A DNA stretch of 64,000 nucleotides from positions 744,001-808,000 of the forward strand of contig AP026145.1 in assembly GCA_030295235.1 (NCBI GenBank). Direction: 5' to 3'. The notes beneath the pieces are model-generated. The model saw only the letters and a list, made by a program, of their open reading frames with translations, was not told the origin of the DNA and searched no databases. The position numbers were made by a program, and so were the translations under genes. This stretch comes from Fistulifera solaris. Taxonomy: Eukaryota. Below, in pieces: positions 50,270 through 61,138 of the stretch; within the stretch, counting starts at the first letter, position 1; every line of letters starts with the position of its first letter.

Positions 50270-51910
50270 ATGGTCAACAACAGTAACACGCAAGGCAACG
50301 CGGCCGAGTCCTTCGAAATGGGGATTCTGGCGTTTGGAACCTCCGTGACGGTCACGGACGAAGTGCGACGTTCCGTTGAAAAGGAAACGGAACTTTTGGA
50401 AGAATCAATTCAACAATTGCGCGCGAAAATCAAAACCGAAGAAAAGGTCGGCGAGGAGCTTCGTCGCAGTCGCCTCAGCAGCGGGAAAGAAACACGGGAC
50501 ATTCTGCAAGGTTCGACAGAAAACTTGAGCTCTCTCCATTTCACTGTTGACTTTTTGCAGGAATTGCACAAATCATTCACCTTGGAATTGATGGATCCGA
50601 CAGCCGAACCGGGCGCAGATGACGCGACGAAACACGTGCACGGGATTTCATTGGTCGATATTCAGGCAGAGATAGCCGAGCAACAACGGGAACTCGATAC
50701 CTTGCACGAGGAGGGACTGACTCATGTCCAAAGTTTGTCGTTGTTGAAGGAAAAGAAAGCTGCCGTGACGGAGGAGATGGAGGCCTTGAAAAGTCGCATC
50801 GTTGACGACAAGCTGGAGGAGCAGAACACGGAATGGGACGCCAAAATTCGCCTCGCCAAGCAAGAACTCGATAACGAGATGAATCGCCGGAGCTCTTTGA
50901 TTGCTAGTCTCGAAGATGCGAAGCAGCAAAACGACGCACTCGAACAAGAAAAAGGCAAGCTGGTAAGTCTATTCTTGACATATAATGATCAAGTTGTCTC
51001 AAGATTCTGACAAGTGTTTTGTAATTCGGGTTTGCAGTTGGCGGAGCTTAACGAGAATACCGATGCTTTGCAGGCGGAACAAGAAGCTCGTGAAAAGCAT
51101 CGGTCGGAGATGGAAAAGAAAAATTGGACAAGCAGGTCGTCTTGCAACGCTTGAATGCCGAGAGGTCAAGTAACGCATCGCGAATTGCCGAGCTCAAAGC
51201 GCATTTGGAAGAAGCAAAGAAGCTAGTTGATCTTCGAGAAGGACTCAAAACGAAACGCGAAGCGGCTCGTGCAACGCGGTTGGAGTTGCACAATGAGAAG
51301 AAAAACGCTCGAGATCGAGCTCGCGTCCATCAAAGAACTCGCGGCGAAAGCCAAGGCAGAAGATTTTATGGTTGAGGAATCGATGCGGGAAGTTGATGTG
51401 TTGCGTCAGCAGAATGATGAAACGCAGGCTAAGCAGGTGTTGCCTGGGGAACGTGAATACGAAAGTCTCCTTCAGCAGGAGATTGAGCTGAAGTCGTTGC
51501 TCGGAGACGCTCAAAATGATCCAACTTTCATTGATCTAAAGATTACGATCGATAATCTACAGCAGCGACTCGATGATGTGAAGAAAGAATGCTCGGAGTA
51601 TTCTGCCGAACAGGAGAAGAAAAAAGATGGAGAAGGACGAGCTCGACGCTAAAGCGGAAAGTCACCAGAACTCAATCTCCGCCGAAATTCAAGGCTTACA
51701 GGAAGAGCTTTCTGCCGTGCAAGAAGATAATGCCGAGGTCGAAAATTCCATCAATGGGCTCCGTCGCAAGATTCATGACAAAAGTGGAGGGAAGGAGCTT
51801 GCCTTGCTCAAGCAGAAGCTTCGTATCTATCAGCAAGGCGCTGACTTGCTAAAGTTGACAGCCAAAAGGAGAAACGCATCCTTAACCACGATTCTGATCA
51901 TTTCGACTAA
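50270..51910 (+). CDS. Coiled-coil hypothetical protein (one intron ~50963-51037, several indels)
   Basis: ORFs 50270, 51124, 51227 and 51627 are consecutive E/K/L-rich heptad segments. Corrected stop TAA 51908-51910. Confidence 0.6.
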
Positions 51911-52270
51911 TCTATGCTTACATCTCGGACAATCTTTGCTTGCTTGCTTGCTTGGTGGTGGTGGTTGTTTGCGAAAGTCTAGCGGCTGTGACGTGCTCAA
52001 GCTAAGTGCTGATTCCCTCGTTTGTGCCTATAGCTGTATGCCCTATAATCAAATATTTTGAGTCTGCATACCTGATAGTTTCTAGAAATTTGTTGCTTCA
52101 CTATAGCAGTTTTTGCCATAATAGAATCCGGAAAACTTAGTACAAGTGCCGGTGCGACTCGAGGAGAGATCTACCGACGCGGCGGTGCACTATTATATTC
52201 TGTTCATTAACCCTGTTGTCACATAAGTGCCCTTCTTTTCCCAGTATAGCGCTTAGGCTTTACCTCAAAG

Positions 52271-53015
52271 ATGTCAAGCGGGTTGCATCCTAACCTCACC
52301 CTCGTCCAGAGCAAGGCGTTGCGCTTACTCTTTACGAAACTACGGGGTAAGAAAACAAAGATCACCTTCCGAGCAGTTCTTCCGAAGAAGCCTCATCTTT
52401 CAATACATTTCAACCTGTGAAACTCCAGATAAAAACACTTCTCAGGTCGACTTCGTTCAATATTCGAAACGGCTGATGCGCTTGCTGGTGGAGGACACGC
52501 TGGCAAGTCTACCAACAGTTGAAATAGAAAGGCAAACACCAACCGGTTTGTTTAAAGGACTCGAATCCACGACAATTCCGTCCCAAACCTGCGTCGTTTC
52601 CATTATGCGGAGTGGCGATGCTTTACTGGAATCCTTCCGCGAAGTAGAGCCTGCCTTTAAGGTGGGAAAAATTTTGATTCAAAGGGACGAAGCCAGTGCT
52701 GACAAGACAGCACAGTTCTTCTATGAGAAACTACCTCCGGGCATCCACGAGATGAATGTTATCTTGTGTGATCCCATGGTGGCCACGGCTGGATCGGCCA
52801 TCGCTGCCTTGGATTTATTGTGCCAAGTCAAACACGTCGATCCGAGCCAAATTACGTTTGCGACTATTATATGTGCCCCCGAAGGTTTGGGAGTACTGGC
52901 GCGAAAGTATCCTGAAGTCAAGATTGTCACAGCTGCCATCGATGAAAGCTTGAACGATGAAAAGTTTATTGTGCCCGGCTTGGGTGACTTTGGAGATCGA
53001 TTCTATGGAACGTGA
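52271..53015 (+). CDS. UPRT: Uracil phosphoribosyltransferase
   Basis: Exon 1 MSSGLHPNL...LFTKLR, intron 52347-52428, VSIMRSG, VGKILIQRDE, LCDPMVATAGS (PRPP site), FIVPGLGDFGDRFYGT. Confidence 0.95.
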
Positions 53016-53078
53016 AGCAAAGATAACTATAATTTTTTTTATAATAAATGACTTGTATTATCTGCGTTTCATTCACTT

Positions 53079-54097
53079 TCATGCTTGACCCGTAATGAAA
53101 GGACTACTGGGAGAGGAAGGACGAAACACCGGCTGCAAACCCGTCTCAAATTGCTTCAACTCGTCGGAATCAATTCCGTAGCTTTCTCCAATAATCACAC
53201 GCGCTTCCTTCGCCACCGTGCGGCAGGATTCTACCATCATGGCCGCGGACTCACGATCGGTACCTCCCGATTGTTCAACCGTTCGAATTTGCAAGACGGC
53301 CGTTTCCAAGGCTTTGATGAATTGTTCCAAAGATACAAGAGTAGCAGCGTTCGTGTTTTTCAATTCGAGTGTTTGACCAGTGGGCGTGGTAATCGTATTG
53401 GCTTGAGGTGTCAAATAGTGGCGGTATAAATTGGCCCGAATGGAATCTTGTTGTGTACGGAGCAACTTGTTCAAGAGTGCCATGCCCGGATCGAGATTCT
53501 TCTCTACTTCTTCCTGACATCGTGTGTATATATGCTGCAGAACCTGTAATCGACTAGCTGCTCCCTCTTCTTCGGAAGGTTCGTCTCGCATCGCATCCTT
53601 CATATTGATTGTCATGACGTTGAAAAAAGCGGCATCGAGACGCCCTTCCCGAGCGGCTTTGCCAATCAGCGAATCTAGTTTGCGAACCTCACCGGCCTCC
53701 AGCAACGACTTCAGCGTTTGGGTGGCCGTTTCTAGCTGCTCTTGCAATAAATGGTTGAGACCACGCGCCACTTTCTGCACCGAATTGTGGTGGTGTCCTT
53801 CGGCCTGTCGAAGCTTTAGCAGCAGTTTTGGTGGAAGTGTAGAGAGAGTCTCCAAAAGGACTTGAGAGAGAGGTTTATCGGCGGTAACTTGGGAATATAT
53901 TCGTTCGATTGCATCAATTTCTTCATCGGAAAATAAAAGGGACGACTCCTCTGGCGACGAAGCGGATTGTCCGATTTGGGTCCGCCATAAATAAGAGAAG
54001 GCGCCAGTAATACGCAAAGCCGGGGGCGTCGAAAGCCACGCTTCAACCGAAAGAGGCTCAGTCCCAAAAGGCATAAAAACAGCCAGGGGCCTTTCAT
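53079..54097 (-). CDS. Conserved plastid-type helical protein, At4g37920/PRDA1-like
   Basis: KLDSLIGKAAREGRLDAAF...VLQHIY...LLNKLL pattern recalled from the At4g37920 family. One T-run repair near 54051 gives the leader MKGPWLFLCLLGLSLFSVEA-W (signal plus ASAF-like site). Confidence 0.55.
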
Positions 54098-54927
54098 GCT
54101 GTTGCGACAGAGGATGGTTGATAGGGATTGGTTGATTGGTCGTAATTCGTAGTTTTTGTAATGTCGTCGACTCCTCGACTATTACTCCTCGTTACGTATT
54201 TGCTTGGATGTGTGTGCGGGAAAAACGTCACACTTACACTTTTACTATAAGTTAGGAACCCGTACGACTCTATAAAATGTTGGTCGCGAAACTTGAAACG
54301 CCAATTTTTTTTTAAAAGAAACTGCATGTTGTCAGCCTCGACAAAAGTAGAGTGTCGCCTTCTAATGCTTCGCAACGAGCTATCACATAATTAGGCACGC
54401 AAGCATCTGCTGGTCATGTTTTCCTTGTAGTTGATGTCTGCGACGGTACTAGTAGAAAGGCATCGCATCGGAAGGTTAGGTGCCGTCCCTGCGTCGCACG
54501 AATTCATCGCACATTACCGCAATCTTCCATTCTTTCCTTGCAAAAGACAGACATACTACAACAGCCATTAATTGATGCAGCTATGGTTGAGTTTATTGGA
54601 TGAATAATCACTTATCATTTATCATTATCAAGTCGATAGATAGGGACCTTCAACGTCATGGAAAAACGCTGCTGAAAATTTAACACGGAGCGCCGTTTTT
54701 TTGATGTCCGTTAAGGTTAGCGACTTTGGGGTCTACTATATAGCGTTTGTGTATAAAACGTGCTCACTTCACGCGTGACTGAAATTGAAAACCGTTTCGC
54801 CGTGGAAACGCTTCACAAAAGAAAACCGCATCACGTCAACCAAACAACAACATGCCACTTTTTGATCATAATTTCATCCTCACAAAAAATCAAATTGATT
54901 CATTTCGCATTAAACTCCACAAACATC

Positions 54928-55338
54928 ATGAGCCTCCACGTGCTTTCTTCGGTTCCCTGTGATCGCAAACGACAGCCTCATCGCCCGACGATCGAAGTGC
55001 AGGCGAGGATCAGGTCGAAGGAGAACGTCGCTCGTTATTTTCGAATGCTACGTATCGCGCGTAACAAGCTCCAAAGGGCCCTGTATACAATCGAAGAAGG
55101 TGAGATGGATGAAATGCCTGGTGCTCCTCGTGTGACGATTCGAAAGCGACCCATGAAGGAAGCGCCCGTCGTCAAAAAGAGTCCTACTTTCAGACGCGCC
55201 ATCAGCAAAAAGCGACAACATCGTCGTTTCAAGGCCATGGACGAGGATGACTTTTCCAAGATTACCATGGTGTGTGAAGATCTTCACGCCTCTTGGGCAC
55301 GGTCTCATACTCGAAGTCCAACTATTTGGAATCACTAA
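54928..55338 (+). CDS. Small basic hypothetical protein
   Basis: ORF from MSLHVLSS with C-terminal QHRRFKAMDEDDF. AT-rich region follows the stop. Confidence 0.5.
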   Translation: MSLHVLSSVPCDRKRQPHRPTIEVQARIRSKENVARYFRMLRIARNKLQRALYTIEEGEMDEMPGAPRVTIRKRPMKEAPVVKKSPTFRRAISKKRQHRRFKAMDEDDFSKITMVCEDLHASWARSHTRSPTIWNH

Positions 55339-55955
55339 TCTTGATCGCTCCTGATCTGGCATTGCTTCCGGTTACCTGGTGCATAGATATACATGACATA
55401 AAGCGAAGTTGAATAAATCTGTTGAATCATGTGGTAGTTTAAGCTTGCAATTAGGTTTACAACCTCGGCATCAACACATTTGTTATTCTTTATAAATCTA
55501 ATTCCGATCTTCAAGGGAAATTCCAGCTTTCGAATTCTCTCATGAGCATCCATCTAGGACGAAAGCGTAACACTATCTGTCATGGTCGATGCACCGATGA
55601 GAGATCTCGGACAACATCGTCCATTTACGACAGTTGCGGCGTTTTGTTTTCGTGTTGCATGAAAACTGCACGGTTTACGGTGCGGGTTTGGCAGAACACG
55701 GTATTCTAGTATGTAAGTTAAGTACCAGTACGGTTCGATGTAAGATTTTATCTGAGGCAGTTCGACACTGTGCGCGCCGGCTGACGCTCGAAAACGACAA
55801 GACTTGAAAAAATGAAAACTGTTCCGCTCGTCTCCGCGGAAACGGACGAAAACCGCACGGTTTCCACGAAAGAATAATGAACATCTCATCACAACTTTAA
55901 GCTCACAAAAAGCAAATCGACTCACTTTGCATTCGATCAAACCCTCAAAAGCATC

Positions 55956-56345
55956 ATGATTTACCCCTTGGTTTCTTCGGCTGGCGCGAACAAGCAGAGT
56001 GTTGATAAGCTCTCGTTGGTAGCCTCTTCGCTCTCCATCGACAACAAGGAGAACAGCATTAAGATCTCTCGTCATCGTCGAAATCCAAGCAAGCAAAGCA
56101 ACGACTTTTCTACCGTCATGTCCACCAATATGGGTGGCAATATCTTTGATCTCAATGCTGCTCTTCGTTTGGAAGAGGAAAAAGGCAAGCCCATACTGAA
56201 AAAAGCACATCGACGAACCCAAGCTACCGATTGGAGTGAGCTTCGTGGCATCTCCCAACACCGTCGCTCCTCGGCTCTGTCAAAGGAGGATTTTATGGAG
56301 ATCTTGGACATGGTCGGCGATGATCTTCTGAGTTCTTGTCTATGA
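55956..56345 (+). CDS. Small hypothetical protein with HRR motifs
   Basis: 129-aa ATG ORF with RHRRNPS, AHRRTQA and QHRRSSALSKEDF. Confidence 0.55.
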   Translation: MIYPLVSSAGANKQSVDKLSLVASSLSIDNKENSIKISRHRRNPSKQSNDFSTVMSTNMGGNIFDLNAALRLEEEKGKPILKKAHRRTQATDWSELRGISQHRRSSALSKEDFMEILDMVGDDLLSSCL

Positions 56346-56518
56346 GATCTGGGCAAGACCCCTTTTATGATGCGGCATTATTTCTAAGATACAACTAAAA
56401 AACGTTACTAAAATACAAATTCTAAAATATATTGTTGTTAGCTCATTCGTATTAATATTGGACGCATTAGACAGGGCACGCACTCTTTAGTTAGTTATTC
56501 ATTCGCGAAGAAATGCAT

Positions 56519-57367
56519 TCATTCAAAGCTCTTGGCCTCCTGCGGTAATTGAGCATCAAGAAACTTCTTTTGCAATGAATTAGCCCAAAAACGAGCTATG
56601 ATAAGTCTAATGACTCGCCGATCCGAAGAAAAACCCGCACTGGCTTTGCCCAAGATCTTTCCCCCATCGTCCACCTCACCTTGGTCATGATTGTCGTCTT
56701 GGCTCTCATTGGATGTCTTGCTGGAGCGCTGCAGCAATTTTGGTCCACCGAGAGATTTCATGCGATTGAGCCAGATCTGTAAAACTTCCTTTGAAATAAT
56801 CCCATCGGAAACCATATTCCGTATCGTAAAACCGCCCTGTCTCACAAATGCTAAACTCTTTTCAAACTCTGTTTCGTCGGGCCCTCTCCCATCATCAGGA
56901 TAACCAGTCATATCGAAGAAAGCTACTTGCTCAACAATAGCACAAAGAACTACCCCAAATGCGGAGTGAATATTGTACTTCTGTCGAACTTCGTCCATAA
57001 TTTCGTTTCTTGCTAGCTGGAAATGCCGTCTCCAGAAAGAAGCGTCTTGATCATGACACCATTGCACAAATGCCTCTTCGTGCGTGTCCCAAAACTCTCT
57101 ATAAGAAGACATGTCTGCTTTTAACTTTTGTCGCAACCGCACCCTGTCCGACCAAACTTGATCACGGAGATCCGGAGGCCAGGGACTGTCATCGAGGGCC
57201 TTGATTTCCGCGTTCGCTTGATCTGTCTCCAAATCGGTCATGGCTGTGATGAGATCGGCAGTTCCATTCGGAAGAAAATGCACAAAACCACAACAAGCAC
57301 ACGATCCGCCGGATACATAATCAAACAAGACACGATCGGTCAACCACTCGTCGGTGTATCGAGGCAT
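56519..57367 (-). CDS. Hypothetical protein with N-terminal CACC motif
   Basis: 282-aa intact ORF with GGSCACCGFVHF. No recognised family. Confidence 0.65.
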   Translation of the reverse strand: MPRYTDEWLTDRVLFDYVSGGSCACCGFVHFLPNGTADLITAMTDLETDQANAEIKALDDSPWPPDLRDQVWSDRVRLRQKLKADMSSYREFWDTHEEAFVQWCHDQDASFWRRHFQLARNEIMDEVRQKYNIHSAFGVVLCAIVEQVAFFDMTGYPDDGRGPDETEFEKSLAFVRQGGFTIRNMVSDGIISKEVLQIWLNRMKSLGGPKLLQRSSKTSNESQDDNHDQGEVDDGGKILGKASAGFSSDRRVIRLIIARFWANSLQKKFLDAQLPQEAKSFE

Positions 57368-57955
57368 CTCAGAAATTCTATCCTTCGCGCTTTCTTATCA
57401 TCCGCTTGTGGCTGCCTACTAACTCAAATGGAATGGAAGGTGAATAATCGAAGATTCGTTGAATAATGTGAGTTGCTAAGCAAGCACGAGAAAAGATTTT
57501 GCATTGTCTTCGCGCATCTCCATCACTTCGTTGACTTCGATCTCCAACGGCCCGCTGTATGTGTTCTTTGCGATGGCCAAAACGCGACTTGAAAAGCAAG
57601 AAAGGAAGAAACAAGGATACTACTTCATAAGTTATAGTTCATAGTTCGGAGATATTCCCATTTCACGAAACCAAATTTCGCTATAGTAACAAACTACAAT
57701 ACATTAGATAGTCTGGCGAATTTTTATCATCAGTTATCTATAAAACGTGAAAACGCGGGGCGTCCTCGTCCACCTTCAAATATTTTTCAAACGGACGGCT
57801 CAACACGACTTTTACACGTTTGTTCAGAATTATTTCCTTTGGCTTCACAAACTCCACCCTCCAACTGCGATAGATCGATGCATTCGCAACAAAACAACCT
57901 CTGTTCTTATTCATATCGTCGGCAATTGTAAATTACAGCATCGATACCAAACATC

Positions 57956-60505
57956 ATGATATCCAGACAAGTAGTCTGGACTGCCGTCATGGCATTTACA
58001 TTCCATCGCATTGTCGGATTAGAATTTCGGCAAACAGTTCGTGAATGTAACAATTCGCCGGGTACCATTGGGTACAGCCGCATTATAGACATGAATCTTG
58101 ACATTGATCGCGAGCTAGGAGCGATTGCGGGTGGCAAGACGCCGGATGCCACGTATCTATTTATTCTTTGTCCCGACACCCAGTTCGACGTGGAAGACAC
58201 ACCGCTCACTCCGATGCTGGATAATTCAATTTTTGCGTGCGGCGATACTGGTAAAGCGACCGGTTGTGTCTTTAAAGGAGGAGAGATTCAAGTGAATGTG
58301 CCACGCTCCAAGAAAGGAGGCCACAATATGCAGGCAGTTAGCTTCTTGGGTGTAACCTTCCAAGGATTTTCCCAAGCAGCTATCAGCGGGGATGCTGGAT
58401 CCACTACAGAAGTTACACTTTCTCATGTCAAGTTCTCGGTACGTGTCTGGAGTATTTACTGTATTTCGCTTGTCTTTTGTTGTTCTAATCGCCTCTATCA
58501 AAGAACTATAACGCCATGTGTGCAGTCCAGCAACAAGCCGACGATGGGACGGAACCATTCGGCTTGATGGGACAGGAGATCACAATAAGTAAAGCAGTTG
58601 GTGGTGTAGGTTTCTTAAATGTTGGAGGCGCCCTTAGTCTGGACGGGCTGTATATCTCTAGTTGCGACTTGGTCGGGGCTGTATCAACTGGGAGTTCCTC
58701 TGGGGGAAGTGTAGGTGTGACAATGGTCAAAAAAGCGGTTGTCACGACAAGTTCGATTCAGGTAAGTCTGTAACAACGATTCGCGTAAACTCGTATGGAT
58801 ATTGACTAAATCATCATCGAAATCGCCTTTTCGCGTCAGGATGTTTTCTCGGCAGTGGAATCGTCTAGGATGAACGCAGTTAATGTGAAAGTCAACAACA
58901 TGAAAGGAATGGCCAATGTTTTTAATGTAGAGGGGGAGCAGCATGGCAACGCTGGAAAACATCGACATCGCGAACAACGATTTTCAAAGATCAACCCCAT
59001 CTCTCTTGTGGACTGGTGTTAATGTTCGAGACAACTCGATGGCTTCCGTTGCCAACTTCATCATTCGCGAATCAACTAACGTGCAAAACATGGTGTCTGC
59101 GAAGTCTTACAGTATGGTGAATGTTCAAAATTCCATAGCAAATGATCTCTTTGGAGGACGCGAAGCGGTATGTGCCTCTTTGTATGTATCGCGATACAAA
59201 ACTTGAACTCATTTGAACCTCACCGCTTTTACAGGACACGAACGAAGTCAGTGCCCTTTTCTTCGCCAGTGAAAACTCCGATCTTATCATCGAAAGAACC
59301 GACACTGAGAATATTGAGTTGTTCACGGTATGTAAATAGGTCATGGCCACGACAAGATTTTGCTTTTCGAGACTCTCACACTGTGACTCCAGTCCATAGC
59401 ATTTGCCAGCAAGACCAGCAGCATTCAATATCGTGAATCGTGCGTGGGATCGGGAGCGACCCAAACAGCGATTTTTGTTGATGCCAACTCTACGTATGTA
59501 ACTGCAATGAACTACATTGATCCATCATTTTCGACATCGGACTGCAGGGAGGGAAACACCCGAGTTTCTAAGGAAAGACCGGGGCAAACTTGTTTTCAGA
59601 CTCCATTTCAATCATGTGAGGTTAGTTGTGAGCAGGGGTTTGATCGGCGTACTTGTTTGAGAGCTATTGTTGCCAGGCAAGTAGGCAACGAAACGGAGAC
59701 GTCGCCAACAATCCCGGTAAACGTCACTTCGCCAACAATACCGGTCAATGTTACTGAACCAACTGCTGCTCCGTCGCTTACAATAGTAAGCTCAGCTCCA
59801 TCCGCTCCAACGACCTCAGTCCCTTCAGCGCCTGAGAGTCCAGCACCCACGTCCATTGTCACACCGGCTCCAGTTGTTGCGTCTACTGCATCGCCTACGG
59901 CAGCACCAGTTGTCACGGCCACTGGAACGCCGACCGCAGCGCCTGTGGTTACAGCAACGGGAGCGCCGACAGCTGCACCGGTTGTTACGACCACTGCTAC
60001 ACCAACCGCTGCCCCCGTTGTAACAGTTACCGGTTCACCGACAGCTACTCCAACAGCAGCCCCAATCCCTCGTCGAACACCGCAACCATCGGCTGCTCCT
60101 TTACCGCGCCCAACGACACTTTCTCCGACCCAAGAAAGAGAAACAGCTAACCCCACAATTTTTCCCACACAAAGTTCAAGTAAGGTATGCATAGAATGGG
60201 GAAAGTGGGTAAAACGAGAGCATCGTACGAAAGGGAAAGGGGCACATATATACTACGCATTCGATGAAAATATCTGTATCAGCTATGAATCATCAGGTGA
60301 ATTTTTCGGCGAGGCTGTCGTGACTCCCGGGCATCAGAAGTACTTTCCCAGCAAACTATCACGAAGTTCAAAAGGAAAGAAATCCAGCAAGAAGTCGAAA
60401 AAATCGCATAGCAAGAAGAGCTCCGAGCATAAGAGTTACGACCACCGTGACGATTACAGAAGGAGAAAACGCCCAACCACGATATGGATAAAGAATGAGA
60501 TTTAA
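57956..60505 (+). CDS. Secreted multi-exon protein: Cys-containing diatom N-terminal domain, beta-rich core, Pro/Thr mucin-like repeats, Lys/Ser-rich tail
   Basis: Signal-like MISRQVVWTAVMAFTFHRIVG. LCPDT..PL.P...FACG..G..C.F.GG..Q domain. About four GT-AG introns starting 58439, 58762, 59168 and ~59328. PTAAPVVT repeats. KGKKSSKKSKKSHSKKSS tail. Confidence 0.7.
59860..60066 (+). repeat. Coding tandem repeat, ~36-nt unit encoding PTAAPVVTATG(T/A)-like 12-mers
   Basis: Four to five copies of PTAAPVVT in ORF 59444..60505, with synonymous codon divergence between units. Confidence 0.8.
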
Positions 60506-60808
60506 ATCATGCATCCGTAATAGCCGGGCGTCTCGGTCGGCTCCACTTTTGTCCGATTAGTAACGCTAGTGTAGCGATAACATTAGTTTTATGTTTCATA
60601 TTCCTGTTACTACTCAATTCGCATAACATTGACGGTACTTTTCACAGGAATCGAGACGAATTTGGTGACTTGAATGAATCTTCGCTGTTGTCATGCTGGT
60701 TTCATTGAATTCAAGGACACAAACAGCAACTACTAATTTCAGCTCTAAGCTTGGATCAGGCGCCCGTTGTGCACCTTAAGGAGAATACGACAGCTTAGTT
60801 GTACAACG

Positions 60809-60959
60809 CAGATATCATTTAGTAGCCATCACTGTATTTATCCTGGCCGGATCCCATAGCTAACGGTAGGCTAGCCCAAAGAGCAATGCTCTTTGGGCTA
60901 GAGAGGTTGGCTAGAGCTAGAGAGGAAGCATACCTGGTAGGTCTAGTAAATGATGTCTG
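60809..60959. repeat. ~150-bp fold-back (MITE-like) element with a perfect central 15-bp palindrome
   Basis: CTAGCCCAAAGAGCA-A-TGCTCTTTGGGCTAG at 60871-60901. Ends CAGATATCATTTAGTAG (60809-) and CTAGTAAATGATGTCTG (-60959) match 15/17 as inverted repeats. Confidence 0.65.
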
Positions 60960-61138
60960 TCCATCCATCCTCATCTCAGATGGAAAGCGTTCAAAGTTCA
61001 AAAATAACGGTTCCGTTATTAACGTGCGTTGAGGAAATTTTTCCGCCATCACATTTTTGTTTCAAAACACAACGCGACCATCGAGCCCGAAACACAAGAA
61101 GTATCTGAATTATAGCACCTTGAAAACGTTAGGGAACC

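Noticed and set aside
51934..51968. (TTGC)n/(GGT)n microsatellite
   Set aside because: Short simple repeat in a probable 3' UTR with no further structure.
59608..60192. Gly/Val/Ala-rich - strand ORF with GAAVG repeats
   Set aside because: It is the reverse complement of the Pro/Thr repeat region.
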